A stretch of DNA of 64,000 bases, taken from NCBI GenBank assembly GCA_052034135.1, contig JBPOJC010000005.1:76-64075 (forward strand). The letters are read 5' to 3'. Below the pieces are notes generated by a model. That model worked only from the letters and a program-made list of their open reading frames with translations. It was not told the origin of the DNA and made no database searches. The stretch comes from Caldisericota bacterium (GTDB lineage: Bacteria > Caldisericota > Caldisericia > UBA6126 > JAGPKI01). Positions within the stretch are counted from its first letter, which is position 1, and every line of letters begins with the position of its first letter. Positions 28,264 through 39,190 of the stretch are shown here, piece after piece. A program made the position numbers and the translations under genes.

Positions 28264-30102
28264 TTACACTAATTCTTTTCTAAAAGTTACATTTTTTAAT
28301 AATGACCTTATAAATTCAGCTCCAAACATTAAATATATTGAAATACTGTAAGGTCTGTCATTTAAGTAAAACAACCCATTTGCAACGCTAAGAAGCCTTT
28401 GTTTGTAGAAATTAACAAATAACTCCAATTCAAATCTCAATATTTGCACTCTTTGCCTCTCCTCAGCAGAAGCATTACTCTTTTTTATACTTAATGTAGC
28501 GGTTCTTTCATCTAATTCAACTAAAAGTTTTTTTGCAAGATTTAATAATTTTGTATCTATAAACTTATTCTTTTCTAAGATAAACTTTGCAGCTTTTACC
28601 TCTTGTCCTTCTTTAAATTCATTAAGTTCTTCCAAAAATTTAAAAATTTCAGTTGCAGTAGCTCTCCACTTTAAAGAGAACTCATTACAATCTATAATAT
28701 TCCCAAAAAAAGGTCTTAATATTTCAGGAAGAACAATTTTTAAATTTCCATTAAGGCTTAAGTTGTCGAGAAAGTTTAAGCCTATTCTTATTGTTCTGCA
28801 TATTGGTATATCAATTTTCGATTTACGGAGATTTCTTATTAATGCATCAGCTGCTGGTAAATATTTTGAACCTTGCTCGGGTAATCCAATTGCATTAGGA
28901 TATAGACGCAATTCATTAATGAAGGGAACTGCTTTACCAATTATAAATCCATTTATGTTTTCATCTAATTGTTTATAACTCTCACCTGATATTTTGTAGA
29001 ATAAGATTTTATTATTTTTATCCAAAAACAATTGCACTCTCTCTATTTTATTGTTGGCATCTAAAATATTTAAATAAAATGGTATGTTGTATAAATCATT
29101 TATTAATCTAATTCTCTGAATGTCAATTTTTGCTTCATTAAGTGATTGATTATATGCCTCTATAAATGTAGAAGTTTCTTTCATAAGGATATTAAAGAAA
29201 AAATTATCTAATCCAAAATCCTTTGGAGAAGAAAATATTGTACTTGATTTTGATAGATTAAAATTAAATCTCTCTCCTAAATCTTTAGTTATAAATTTGA
29301 AAGCAAGAGTCTCAAGGTCTGTTATAGTTGTTAAAGGATTGATATTGCTTTTTATGTAATTTATTAAATGATTACTTCTACTTATTATTTCTTCTTTACT
29401 TTCTGGTAGATAAGCCTGTTCTAATAACCCTTTAAGTAAATAATCAAAATATAATGATTTTAAAACATCTTTTATGTTTGCATCACCAAGCTGGATAGAA
29501 GAGAAAAGATAGTTCTGCTCTTTTTTTGGAGCTATGCCAAATTTTCCAAAAGACTTAGTTAATAAGTAAAAAAGCTCTTGTTCATTATGATCATTAAAAA
29601 ATAATTTAAGATCATTACTTATATCATATGCACAATTATCTCCATATTCATTACTAATGCCTGATTGATTTGAAAAACTAGCAGCCGAAAGTTTTTTCAG
29701 AAAGTCTTTATCAAGTTTTTCTGCATAATCCGTATATTTTTTTGAAATTGTCCTAACATTTATTCCATAATCCTTTAGTTGTGCTAATTCGAGAGCAGGA
29801 AGATAAAATATACCATAAGAAGTATCAATATTTGTGTATGTTGCTTCTCCAAATGAATTTGAGTAATCCTCAGTTATAATATAATTATTGTCTTCTAAAT
29901 TAGTGTAATAAAAAAGGTTTTGGTCAGGAGTGCCAATTTTTTCATCATGAATAAATGGGGTAAATGATATTTGATAGTTCTTCTCTGTGAGAGCATTAAA
30001 TAATGCAACATCGGTAATAAGCGCATCCCAAAGTATGTTTTGGTCGCCCTTAAATATGATACTAATTTTTTCGTTATCTAATAATTTCATAAATAAACTC
30101 AT
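28264..30102 (-). CDS. Hypothetical protein (612 aa)
   Basis: Long ORF with no recognisable motif. Codon usage is consistent with its neighbours. Confidence 0.4.
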   Translation of the reverse strand: MSLFMKLLDNEKISIIFKGDQNILWDALITDVALFNALTEKNYQISFTPFIHDEKIGTPDQNLFYYTNLEDNNYIITEDYSNSFGEATYTNIDTSYGIFYLPALELAQLKDYGINVRTISKKYTDYAEKLDKDFLKKLSAASFSNQSGISNEYGDNCAYDISNDLKLFFNDHNEQELFYLLTKSFGKFGIAPKKEQNYLFSSIQLGDANIKDVLKSLYFDYLLKGLLEQAYLPESKEEIISRSNHLINYIKSNINPLTTITDLETLAFKFITKDLGERFNFNLSKSSTIFSSPKDFGLDNFFFNILMKETSTFIEAYNQSLNEAKIDIQRIRLINDLYNIPFYLNILDANNKIERVQLFLDKNNKILFYKISGESYKQLDENINGFIIGKAVPFINELRLYPNAIGLPEQGSKYLPAADALIRNLRKSKIDIPICRTIRIGLNFLDNLSLNGNLKIVLPEILRPFFGNIIDCNEFSLKWRATATEIFKFLEELNEFKEGQEVKAAKFILEKNKFIDTKLLNLAKKLLVELDERTATLSIKKSNASAEERQRVQILRFELELFVNFYKQRLLSVANGLFYLNDRPYSISIYLMFGAEFIRSLLKNVTFRKELV

Positions 30103-30268
30103 TCATTATAGCTATAAATTTCAGTTTTATAAAATAAATAAAAACAATCGAATAAATCTTATTCAGGAGATTTTTTAAACATAACAATTATTATTTATGT
30201 CTGTTTATTAATAAATTAAATTAATTTTTGTTAAGTAAAAATGATTTTAAGCTATAATATTTTAAAAG

Positions 30269-31270
30269 GTGAACTTGAAAGTGAAAACTGTTATTTGGGA
30301 ATTGTTTGATAAAGAGGATAAAAATATTAATTTTACTCCTTTCTTAGAAAGAGCTTTAAATGTTCTTGATCTGTCTATTGAAAGAGAAGAAATTCTCTTT
30401 ACCGTAGATACGACCAATTTGGAAACTGTTGTTCAAAAAAGAGAAGTAATTAATTTAATAAGAGGCTTATCAGATATATTAAATAAAAACAAAATAATCA
30501 TCCTTACTTCTCAAAGTGATGAAGTAATAAATTCTAATACTTTAGGCAGTGAATTTGAGGTTAAGTCTATCTTTGAAGACGGGTTTTGCTTAGTGGAACA
30601 TAAAAGGAAAATTGAAAAATTCAGTGATTATAAAACTCAAAAACCTTTTTTTCTCTCAAAGTTCTATTTTCCAAAAAGTATTGTGGATGCCAAATTTATA
30701 GTTCCAATTAATATGTTTGATACTTCTCCGATATTTGGCATTAAAGGTGTTGTATCATCATTTTTTTGGTTCCTGCCTACTTATACAAGAAGCGAAATCC
30801 TCATTCTTGAAAATATAATAAATCGTTCAACTGCTCTTTTAGAGGCTTTTTCTGAAATTAGCAAAAGAATTATTTTTGCAGTAAATTTGCTATTAAATGA
30901 AGTTAATATGGCTACAATTTCGGAGGATAGTGTAGCGACAGATGCTTTTACTTCAGCGCTTGTAGGGATAAAGGCTTTATCTATTCCTATAACAAAAATA
31001 GCGAATAAAAAAAAGTTAGGTACAGGAGATATAATGAGGCTGATTATTTCTGGAGAAAAGTTTAGTAAACCCGTTACATTTCTTGAAAGAAAAGAAGTTG
31101 ATAAATCTGTTACAATTAATTCAGCAAAATGTAATTTATGTATGAAATGTTTAGACTTTTGTCCCTTAGGAGCGATAATTATTGACGAGGAAAATTTATG
31201 TATAAATAATGATAAATGTAACAAATGCGCTTATTGTATCGAGATTTGCCCTTTGAAAGCAATAAATTAA
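30269..31270 (+). CDS. Hypothetical protein with C-terminal 4Fe-4S dicluster ferredoxin domain
   Basis: C-terminal CNLCMKCLDFCP and CNKCAYCIEICP motifs. N-terminal 270 aa unassigned. Confidence 0.45.
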   Translation: MNLKVKTVIWELFDKEDKNINFTPFLERALNVLDLSIEREEILFTVDTTNLETVVQKREVINLIRGLSDILNKNKIIILTSQSDEVINSNTLGSEFEVKSIFEDGFCLVEHKRKIEKFSDYKTQKPFFLSKFYFPKSIVDAKFIVPINMFDTSPIFGIKGVVSSFFWFLPTYTRSEILILENIINRSTALLEAFSEISKRIIFAVNLLLNEVNMATISEDSVATDAFTSALVGIKALSIPITKIANKKKLGTGDIMRLIISGEKFSKPVTFLERKEVDKSVTINSAKCNLCMKCLDFCPLGAIIIDEENLCINNDKCNKCAYCIEICPLKAIN

Positions 31271-31365
31271 TAGTTTAACAAATTTTATAGAAATAATGCT
31301 GAATTTGCGGTTATACGGATATTTGCTTTAAATTGCGAGAATGAGATAAAAGGAGATATTTGTAA

Positions 31366-32427
31366 ATGGAAAAGATATTAGTTATAAATCCAGGCTCAAC
31401 ATCAACTAAAATAGCAATTTATAATGATAAATCTAAAGTTTTTGAAACAAACTTAGCACACGAAGCTACTGAATTAAATAAATTTGAAAGAATAGTTGAT
31501 CAATGTGATTTCAGAAAAGAGCGTATTTTAGATATCTTAGAAAAAGAAAATTACAGAATTTCTGATTTTACTGCTATTGTTGCAAGAGGAGGACTTTTAA
31601 AGCCACTTTCCGCAGGTTCCTACAGAATTGATGATAATATGGTTTCTGATTTGAAGGCTTGCAAATATGGAGAGCATGCTTCGAATCTTGGTGCAATAAT
31701 AGCTTACGATCTATCTAAAGTGTATAACATTCCAGCTTTTATTGCTGATCCAGTGTCAGTTGATGAATTTACTGAACTTGCAAGACTTACGGGATTGAAA
31801 GATATTCAAAGAGTTTCTTTAGATCATCCTTTAAATATTAGAGCAATACTTAAAAAATACTGTGAAGAAGAGAAGAAAAACTTTACAGATTTATGTGCGG
31901 TTTGTGCTCATTTAGGTGGAGGAATTTCTGTTACTGCTTTTAAAGAAGGTAAATTGATTGATGTTAGTAACCCTAATGAAGGAGGACCATTTTCAACAAC
32001 AAGGGCAGGCAGCCTGCCTTCAATTGATATTGTTGAAATGTGTTACTCAGATAATTATGATATGAATAGTTTTAAAAAGCTTCTTCTGACTCAGGCCGGA
32101 CTGGTCTCGTATTTAGGGACAAATGATTTAAAGGTTGCCATTAAAATGATGGATGAAGGAAATTCATATGCTAAAGACGTGATAGATGCTCTTTGTTATC
32201 AGGTTAGCAAAGAAATAGGAGCAATGTCTTTAGTACTAAAGAAAAGACCGGAAGTTATTATATTGACTGGAGGAATGAGTAATTCGACTTATGTTGTTGA
32301 CGCCATTAAAGAACGAGTTTCTTTTATAGCTCCTGTTAAAGTTTATTCAGGGAGCGACGAAATGGAAGCACTTGCATATGCTGCATTAAATGCAAAAAGC
32401 GGTAAAGAAGAAATCAAAGTATACTAA
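31366..32427 (+). CDS. buk: Butyrate kinase (copy 1)
   Basis: N-terminal ILVINPGSTSTKIA and the acetate/butyrate kinase fold motifs. Adjacent to ptb. Confidence 0.85.
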   Translation: MEKILVINPGSTSTKIAIYNDKSKVFETNLAHEATELNKFERIVDQCDFRKERILDILEKENYRISDFTAIVARGGLLKPLSAGSYRIDDNMVSDLKACKYGEHASNLGAIIAYDLSKVYNIPAFIADPVSVDEFTELARLTGLKDIQRVSLDHPLNIRAILKKYCEEEKKNFTDLCAVCAHLGGGISVTAFKEGKLIDVSNPNEGGPFSTTRAGSLPSIDIVEMCYSDNYDMNSFKKLLLTQAGLVSYLGTNDLKVAIKMMDEGNSYAKDVIDALCYQVSKEIGAMSLVLKKRPEVIILTGGMSNSTYVVDAIKERVSFIAPVKVYSGSDEMEALAYAALNAKSGKEEIKVY

Positions 32428-32451
32428 ATTTATTAAGGAGGTAAATATTAA

Positions 32452-33363
32452 GTGATACAAAATTTTATAGAAGCAAAAGCAAAAGCCAAAAGTTTTCCTA
32501 AAAGAAGAGTTGCTGTGGTTGGAGCAGGGGACATAGATGTATTAGAAGCTGTTTTTGATGCTAAAAACGAGGGATTAATAGAACCAATTTTTATTGATTC
32601 TAAAGAGAAAATATTAAAGGCAAATTCAGATAAATTCGACTTAAGTGGTATAGAAATAATTGATGAGGGAGAAAAAATTCCTCAATGTCAGGCAGGCATA
32701 AAATTAGTTAAAGAAAATAGAGCAGATATTTTAATGAAAGGTTTAATACCAACGCCAATTCTCTTTAAAGAAGTTTTAAATAAAGAAACTGGTCTAAGAT
32801 TTGGTAAACTTCTTACCCATATAGGAGTCATAAAAACACCTTACTATCACAAAATGTTAATAATGACAGATGGTGGCATAGTAATTGCTCCAACGCTTGA
32901 TGATAAGATAGCAATACTTGAAAATGCATCTATTGTGGCAAAAGCTCTTGAAATAGAGAAGCCTAAAGTTGCTGCAATATCCGCAGTTGAGACAATTTCA
33001 ACAAATATGCAATCAACCGTTGATGCTGCAATACTGACAAAAATGTATGAAAGAGGACAACTTCCTGGTTTTATTGTGGATGGTCCTTTGGCTATGGACA
33101 ATGCAGTTTCTAAGGAAGCTGCTCTACATAAGGGTATAAAAAGTGAAGTTTCTGGAGATCCCGACATACTCCTTATGCCCAACATAGAATCAGGAAATAT
33201 ATTTTATAAAGCACTTGTTTATCTTGGCGGTGGCGCTGATACGGCTGGCATAGTAATAGGAGCAAAAGTTCCACTCGTTGTTCCTTCAAGGTCAGATTCT
33301 CCTCAAAACAAACTTAATTCTATAATAATGGCAAACTTGATTTCTTATTCGATTTCAAATTAA
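32452..33363 (+). CDS. ptb: Phosphate butyryltransferase / phosphotransacylase
   Basis: Pta/Ptb family, 303 aa. Lies between two buk genes. Confidence 0.8.
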   Translation: MIQNFIEAKAKAKSFPKRRVAVVGAGDIDVLEAVFDAKNEGLIEPIFIDSKEKILKANSDKFDLSGIEIIDEGEKIPQCQAGIKLVKENRADILMKGLIPTPILFKEVLNKETGLRFGKLLTHIGVIKTPYYHKMLIMTDGGIVIAPTLDDKIAILENASIVAKALEIEKPKVAAISAVETISTNMQSTVDAAILTKMYERGQLPGFIVDGPLAMDNAVSKEAALHKGIKSEVSGDPDILLMPNIESGNIFYKALVYLGGGADTAGIVIGAKVPLVVPSRSDSPQNKLNSIIMANLISYSISN

Positions 33364-33380
33364 AGATAGGGGTATAAAAA

Positions 33381-34454
33381 ATGAGCGAAGAATTGGCTCT
33401 TGTCATAAATCCAGGTTCCACATCCACAAAAGTAGCTATATTTGACGAAAATAAAGAAATCTTTAAAATAAATATTTCTCATAGTGTTGAGAAACTTAAA
33501 GAATTTAAATCCATAGTGGATCAATATATTTTTCGTAAAGATGCAATAATTAAAACAGTCAATGAGAATAATGTTAATTTTGAGAGTATAAAGTGTATCG
33601 CCGCAAGAGGCGGACTTCTTAAGCCTGGACCTTCAGGTGTTTATGCTGTTAATGAAAAGATGGTTTCTGATTTGAAGGCTTGCAAATATGGGGAGCATGC
33701 TTCAAATCTTGGTGCAATAATAGCTTATGATCTATCTAAGGAGTATAACATCCCAGCCTTTATTGCTGATCCAGTCACAGTTGACGAAATGGATAAATTA
33801 GCAAAATTTACCGGGCTAAAAGGCTTAGAAAGAAGAAGCATTTTTCATGCACTAAACCAAAAATATATTGCGAGGAAATTTTCCAAGGAACATGGTAAAA
33901 AATATGAAGACCTAAATCTTATTGTAGTTCATATGGGTGGCGGTATTTCAATAGGAGTCCATAAAAATGGTAGAGTGATTGATGTGAACAATGCTCTAAA
34001 TGGAGATGGTCCTTATTCTCCGGAAAGAGCTGGCACTCTACCCACTTTGAGTTTAGCAGGACTCTGTTTTTCTAACAAATATTCAAAAATGGAAATGCTC
34101 AAGAATCTTGCTGGCAAAGGTGGTTTTGTGTCTCATCTTGGAACAAATAATGCTTTAGAAGCAGAGAAAAGAGCATTAAATGGAGACAGCAAAGCAAAAC
34201 TTATTATCGATGGCATGATTTACCAAATTTCAAAAGGTATTGGTGAGGCAAGCAGTGTACTTAAAGGTAAAGTTAATGCGATAATCTTCACAGGCGGCAT
34301 TGCAAAATCAGAATTTATTACTTCTGAAATAAAGAATTATATAGATTATATTGCACCAGTGTTTATTTATCCTGGAGAAAATGAGATGGAAGCTCTATCA
34401 GAGAATGTCTTTAGGGTATTAAAGGGAGAGATTAAACCATCAGTCTATGAATAA
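33381..34454 (+). CDS. buk: Butyrate kinase (copy 2)
   Basis: Paralog of 31366-32427. Shares the long identical stretch MVSDLKACKYGEHASNLGAIIAYDLSK. Confidence 0.85.
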   Translation: MSEELALVINPGSTSTKVAIFDENKEIFKINISHSVEKLKEFKSIVDQYIFRKDAIIKTVNENNVNFESIKCIAARGGLLKPGPSGVYAVNEKMVSDLKACKYGEHASNLGAIIAYDLSKEYNIPAFIADPVTVDEMDKLAKFTGLKGLERRSIFHALNQKYIARKFSKEHGKKYEDLNLIVVHMGGGISIGVHKNGRVIDVNNALNGDGPYSPERAGTLPTLSLAGLCFSNKYSKMEMLKNLAGKGGFVSHLGTNNALEAEKRALNGDSKAKLIIDGMIYQISKGIGEASSVLKGKVNAIIFTGGIAKSEFITSEIKNYIDYIAPVFIYPGENEMEALSENVFRVLKGEIKPSVYE

Positions 34455-35154
34455 AAATATATTCTTATTTATTGGAAATATGGGTTCAGGAAAAAGCGAA
34501 GTTGCTATTAATTTCACTTTGAGGCTTACAAAAGAAGGGAAAAAACCTGTAAAGTTACTCGATCTTGATCTAATTAAACCTTACATCAGAATCAGGGATG
34601 TTTCCGAGAAACTTTTAAAAGCTGGAATTGATCTTATTGAGCCTTATGGTAAATTGAAAAACGCTGATATGCCTATAGTTCCAGCCAAGATGATGGATTA
34701 TATTATGGATGATAGATTTGATCTTGTGATAGATGTGGGCGGAGAGGAAAGAGGAGTCATAACTATTGCTCAATTTGCTAAACCGTTAAAAGAAAAAAAT
34801 CTTGAAGTAAATTTAACAATTAATACTTTAAGGCCATTCTCCAGATCCATTGATCAAATTATTTCTATAATTAATTCCCTCGAGCATAATTCGAAACTCA
34901 AGATCACAGGCCTTGTCAGTAATACTCATCTTAGATTTGAATCAACAATCGAAGAAGCTTATAAAGGCTACGAAATACTTTCTTCTGTGAGCAGAGAACT
35001 AAATATCCCTATAAAATTTGTTTGTATTTGGGAGAAATTATTAAACTCAAATTCAAGCAATGAAATTCTTGAGAAATTTAAAGGTCAGGATATTTTGCCA
35101 CTGAAGCTATTTTTGACTTTTCCATGGGAATTGGATTCGGATTCTTCAATTTGA
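34447..35154 (+). CDS. P-loop NTPase of unknown function, co-transcribed with buk
   Basis: Walker A GNMGSGKS. 8-nt overlap with buk copy 2. Confidence 0.4.
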   Translation: MNKNIFLFIGNMGSGKSEVAINFTLRLTKEGKKPVKLLDLDLIKPYIRIRDVSEKLLKAGIDLIEPYGKLKNADMPIVPAKMMDYIMDDRFDLVIDVGGEERGVITIAQFAKPLKEKNLEVNLTINTLRPFSRSIDQIISIINSLEHNSKLKITGLVSNTHLRFESTIEEAYKGYEILSSVSRELNIPIKFVCIWEKLLNSNSSNEILEKFKGQDILPLKLFLTFPWELDSDSSI

Positions 35155-37239
35155 AGGAATATAAAAGAGAAATTCAACTCCTTCATCTAAATTTCTTGCC
35201 AATATTTCTCCACCGTGGAGTTTTACAATTTCCTCAACAATGCTTAAACCAATTCCAAATCCTGGGATAGAACGTTGTTTGTTAGTAGAGGATGCATATG
35301 GAGAAAATATATATTTAAGAGAGCCTTCGGGAATTTGAGGACCATTATTTTTGACCGAGAAATAATATTTGTTTTCTGATTTATAATATGATATTTCGAT
35401 AACGCCATCGTTCTTTAAATAATTTATTGAATTTATTAACAGATTGTCAAATACTTCCTTTAACCTGAGGGGATCTGCATAAATTGATGAACTATCATCT
35501 TCAATTTTTAAATTTATTTTAATGTTCTTATCGTTTACTCTTACTAAATTGGCTTCTATAACTTCCTCTAATAATGTTTCAATATTAATAAGTCTTCTTT
35601 CGAGAGTGATTCCTTTGAATTCGATGCGAGATAGTTCCATCAAATTATTTAAAAGTAATACTAATTCGTTGGATTGTCGCAATATTAGTTCTGGTAAATT
35701 TTTCTTATCACTATTTAAAATTCCATCAGAGAAAACCAACTTTGTTGCTTCTGTTATTACTGTTATATAATTTCTTATATCATGAAGAATCTTTGCGAAA
35801 AATAGATCTCTTTTTTCCTTAATTTCGGCTATTTCTTTGTTTGCCTGAGAAAGATTTTCTAAAAGCATTAAATTTTTTAGTATTACATTAATATTTAAAG
35901 TTAATTCATTGATATAATCTAAAATTTCAGGATCTTCAATAAAAGATTCCTCTTTCACCCTTAAAAATGCTAAACAGAGTATTTCATCTTTGTGAAAAAG
36001 AGGAATAATTAGACCAATTTTTTCATTTTCTATAAATTCTTGTTCTTCACGTGTTATTCCGGTAAATTCTGGAAATATATTTATATAGGAGCTAAATATT
36101 GGTTTATTGTTTCTTTTGAAATATTCGATTAACATACTTTTTGGAGAAACTTGAAAACTTGAGTTTTTGATATCTGGACTAATATAAAGGTTTTTAGTTT
36201 TATCAAAGAGAAATAAGTAAAGGTAATCACAATTAGTTATGAATTTGAGGTCGTTAGTGAAAAGTTCTGCAAAAGAATTAATGCTATCACAGGTTAAATA
36301 TCTTTCAATTGAGGATTTTATTGAATTTTCTATTGAGAAATGTTTTTTAAATAAATTTTTTTCTAAAGTTTTTTTAATTTGTTCATAAATTAAAGTTGTA
36401 ATTATTACAAGCAAGGGGATAAATATGATTATATGGAATAAATTATTGTTATTTGTACTTAATTTAGCTGTATTGGTAATAGCTGGTATTAATACGCATA
36501 TTGAGAGGTATGTAATTAATACTGTAATTAAAACTGTTAGAAGAATTGATAGAATGTAGGTTGTTAGCTTTCTGGCAAGTCTTCTTGTTTTAATAAACTT
36601 AAATCTGAAAATAGCATATAGGATTAATAAAGAATTTATTAAATTGGAAAGTATGTCTATTGGATAAGCTCCTAAAACAGGGCTTAAATTTGCAAGCGTT
36701 CCAACCATAAGTATAAAAGAACCTATAATCACATACCTTAATCCAGTTTTTCTAAACAAGTCTTCTTCTTTTCTGTATGAAAGAAGAAGTGTTACGGTAG
36801 ATAGAATCATAATTGCGTAATCTAATCCGTATGCTACTAAGATTAATTTACCAGGCTCATAGATAAAAGAAGTTCCCTCAAACTTAGCTTGCGATACAAT
36901 TAAGCCTGAAAGATTTAAAATCTCTAAAAAGATGTATGCTAATATATTAAATATTTTTAATTTATTTTGCTTAAGAGCGTATTTACAGGCAAAATCATAA
37001 TAAAGCATCGGTATTAAGAGAAGTGCAGAAACCATGAATCTATTCCAGAAAAGTGGAGTAAGAATTGTAGAATTAAGGTGCATCATAAAGGAGCCAAAGC
37101 TCCAGATGATGTTTGCAAGGATATAATAACTTAAAGCTCTGTTTGTCCTATTTTTTTCAGTTCTAAAGAGAATAATAAAAATTACAGAGAAGCAAATAAA
37201 TGTAAGGAAGGGAACCATGCTTGTTATATTAGTAATCAT
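35146..37239 (-). CDS. Sensor histidine kinase with multi-TM N-terminal sensor region
   Basis: About seven N-terminal TM helices. H-box ILHDIRNYITVI. HATPase_c G-boxes GFGIGLSIVEEI. Confidence 0.7.
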   Translation of the reverse strand: MITNITSMVPFLTFICFSVIFIILFRTEKNRTNRALSYYILANIIWSFGSFMMHLNSTILTPLFWNRFMVSALLLIPMLYYDFACKYALKQNKLKIFNILAYIFLEILNLSGLIVSQAKFEGTSFIYEPGKLILVAYGLDYAIMILSTVTLLLSYRKEEDLFRKTGLRYVIIGSFILMVGTLANLSPVLGAYPIDILSNLINSLLILYAIFRFKFIKTRRLARKLTTYILSILLTVLITVLITYLSICVLIPAITNTAKLSTNNNNLFHIIIFIPLLVIITTLIYEQIKKTLEKNLFKKHFSIENSIKSSIERYLTCDSINSFAELFTNDLKFITNCDYLYLFLFDKTKNLYISPDIKNSSFQVSPKSMLIEYFKRNNKPIFSSYINIFPEFTGITREEQEFIENEKIGLIIPLFHKDEILCLAFLRVKEESFIEDPEILDYINELTLNINVILKNLMLLENLSQANKEIAEIKEKRDLFFAKILHDIRNYITVITEATKLVFSDGILNSDKKNLPELILRQSNELVLLLNNLMELSRIEFKGITLERRLINIETLLEEVIEANLVRVNDKNIKINLKIEDDSSSIYADPLRLKEVFDNLLINSINYLKNDGVIEISYYKSENKYYFSVKNNGPQIPEGSLKYIFSPYASSTNKQRSIPGFGIGLSIVEEIVKLHGGEILARNLDEGVEFLFYIPSN

Positions 37240-38858
37240 TTTTTATCATTTTCTCTAATAATTTCTAAAAATTTATTCATTATAGCTATAGGTGGATTCA
37301 TATGAGGTATAGATATTGGTTCGTTTTCGCTTAATTTAATTGTTTGGATAAATTTTTTGAGTTTAGAAAATGTTCCAGCAGGTACGAGAGTGAGCTTAAG
37401 AGGCTTTATGCCAATCATCTGTTCATAGTCGTTGTAGTCATGGTCTAATTCTTTTAATGCGTTGTGAACAAATTCTTCAATTTTTGATTCAGAAAGGGAA
37501 CTATCTAACATTTCAATATAAATATGAAGAAAAGCTTCACCATCTTTTTTGCTAATTTCTTTCACTGCTAACCAATCTTTAAATTGTATTTTTGTATTTA
37601 TTAGGCTTTGTAAAATTGTTCTTTCTGTTAGCCTAGTAAAGCCAGCAATATCTATTACATCTTCAGTTCTATTTTCAAATCTGATTTGCGGAAGGTTTAT
37701 TTTAACTTCATTATCACTATTTCCTAAAACTCTTATTATGTCACCAATTCTGTAGCGAACAAAGGCTCCACCGTTTAGAGATGTAATAACAATTTCATAA
37801 AGTTTATTTGGTTCGAGCTCATTTATTAAGATAGTTTTAGGTGAATAATTTGGGTTTACTAAATTTTTTTCGTGTTCTTCCCAGGGAATAAATTCAAGGA
37901 AATTTGTGTAAGGCACAAAAGTCATTCCTTTTCTGTTCCATGCCTGAAAAGCAGTTATACCTATTTCAGTACCACCGTAAATCTCTAAAGGCTTTTTACC
38001 CCAGAAATACTCAATTTTGTCAGCATATAGTGAGGAATCTATTCCTCCACAGATTATTCCTGTTAAATTCCAGATATCACGGGGCAAAATATTTCGCCTG
38101 AGTATCTTACTCTTTAGAAAAGCCTTGCTAAGAAGGAAAAATTTCTTTGGTTGGTTTAAAATAGTAGAAGGTTTTAATGTTTTAAGATAATTCGGAAAAA
38201 TACTTCCTACTTTAACAAGAACACTTGCAACTCCAAAAAAATAATCAATTCCCTTTTGAAAACCAAGCTCAAAGCCATATAAGTTTCTTTCTTCAAAAGA
38301 CAAATTTTGGGCAATTTCATAATGTGGCATATAGTCAAATTCATACTCATACTTTAATCCATATGGAATAGTACCTGTTATATATGGAAGAGGAGCCATA
38401 CCATAAAGAAATTGTTTTCCATATCCAAACTTAAATTTTCCTCTACCGTAAGCAGTAGACATTATCACTGCGCCGAGAAATGCTCTTGCATTATTAAGAA
38501 CCATTCTATATGGGTAAGGTGCCCATTTTTCATCATATTCTCCAGGTTTACCTGTGGTCATAGACCAAAAAAGTGGTTTTTCTGGTAATGCAGCTTCATC
38601 TTTTATATCCAAAATTCCTAAATAATCAGGATAAGTAGTTAAAGGAACTTTGTTTCTGAATTCTGAAACAGATTCTGGAATATAACTACCTAAAAATATT
38701 TTACCAAGTTTTGATGAATTAAGTAATTTTAATTGTTCAAGAAGAAGCACTTCCTGTAGTTTCATAAACATAGAAATATCTAAGTCAATAAATCCGCAAT
38801 ACCTATTCCATAAATCTACGAACCTATCCTGCCTTAATAACTCGGTAGCATTTAACAT
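37236..38858 (-). CDS. GH3-family (acyl-acid amido synthetase-like) protein
   Basis: IYGGTEIGIT and RYRIGDIIRV...PQIRFENR match the GH3 Y.sSE..G / RYR.GD motifs. Start overlaps the kinase gene. Confidence 0.45.
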   Translation of the reverse strand: MLNATELLRQDRFVDLWNRYCGFIDLDISMFMKLQEVLLLEQLKLLNSSKLGKIFLGSYIPESVSEFRNKVPLTTYPDYLGILDIKDEAALPEKPLFWSMTTGKPGEYDEKWAPYPYRMVLNNARAFLGAVIMSTAYGRGKFKFGYGKQFLYGMAPLPYITGTIPYGLKYEYEFDYMPHYEIAQNLSFEERNLYGFELGFQKGIDYFFGVASVLVKVGSIFPNYLKTLKPSTILNQPKKFFLLSKAFLKSKILRRNILPRDIWNLTGIICGGIDSSLYADKIEYFWGKKPLEIYGGTEIGITAFQAWNRKGMTFVPYTNFLEFIPWEEHEKNLVNPNYSPKTILINELEPNKLYEIVITSLNGGAFVRYRIGDIIRVLGNSDNEVKINLPQIRFENRTEDVIDIAGFTRLTERTILQSLINTKIQFKDWLAVKEISKKDGEAFLHIYIEMLDSSLSESKIEEFVHNALKELDHDYNDYEQMIGIKPLKLTLVPAGTFSKLKKFIQTIKLSENEPISIPHMNPPIAIMNKFLEIIRENDKK

Positions 38859-38999
38859 ATATGATAACCATTATAATAATTTTTTAACATTATGACCATT
38901 ATAATAATTTTTGACTTATGAGAAAGTTTATGATTTGTATCGAGCAAAATCTTAAATATGATATACTTCTGTGGATTAAACTATGGGAGTCATGAAGGT

Positions 39000-39190
39000 A
39001 ACTACGAATGAATATCATCCCTTCATTCCGAAAGTGTGTATCAACAAGCTTGAACTGAGGAGATTCTTCGCTACTGGGAATAGTGCTCATTAGGATGACG
39101 GCGATGGTGTGATAACTTTCGTCGTTAAAATTAAACTCCTCAGAATCACGGAAGGTTGAATCCCCAATGCCACTTACGGAATACATCTCC
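39000..39190. repeat. Copy of the dispersed repeat family seen at 6700-7620, here in reverse orientation
   Basis: gaggagattcttcgct is the reverse complement of agcgaagaatctcctc. Also contains gatgacg...cctcagaatcacggaagg related modules. Confidence 0.55.
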
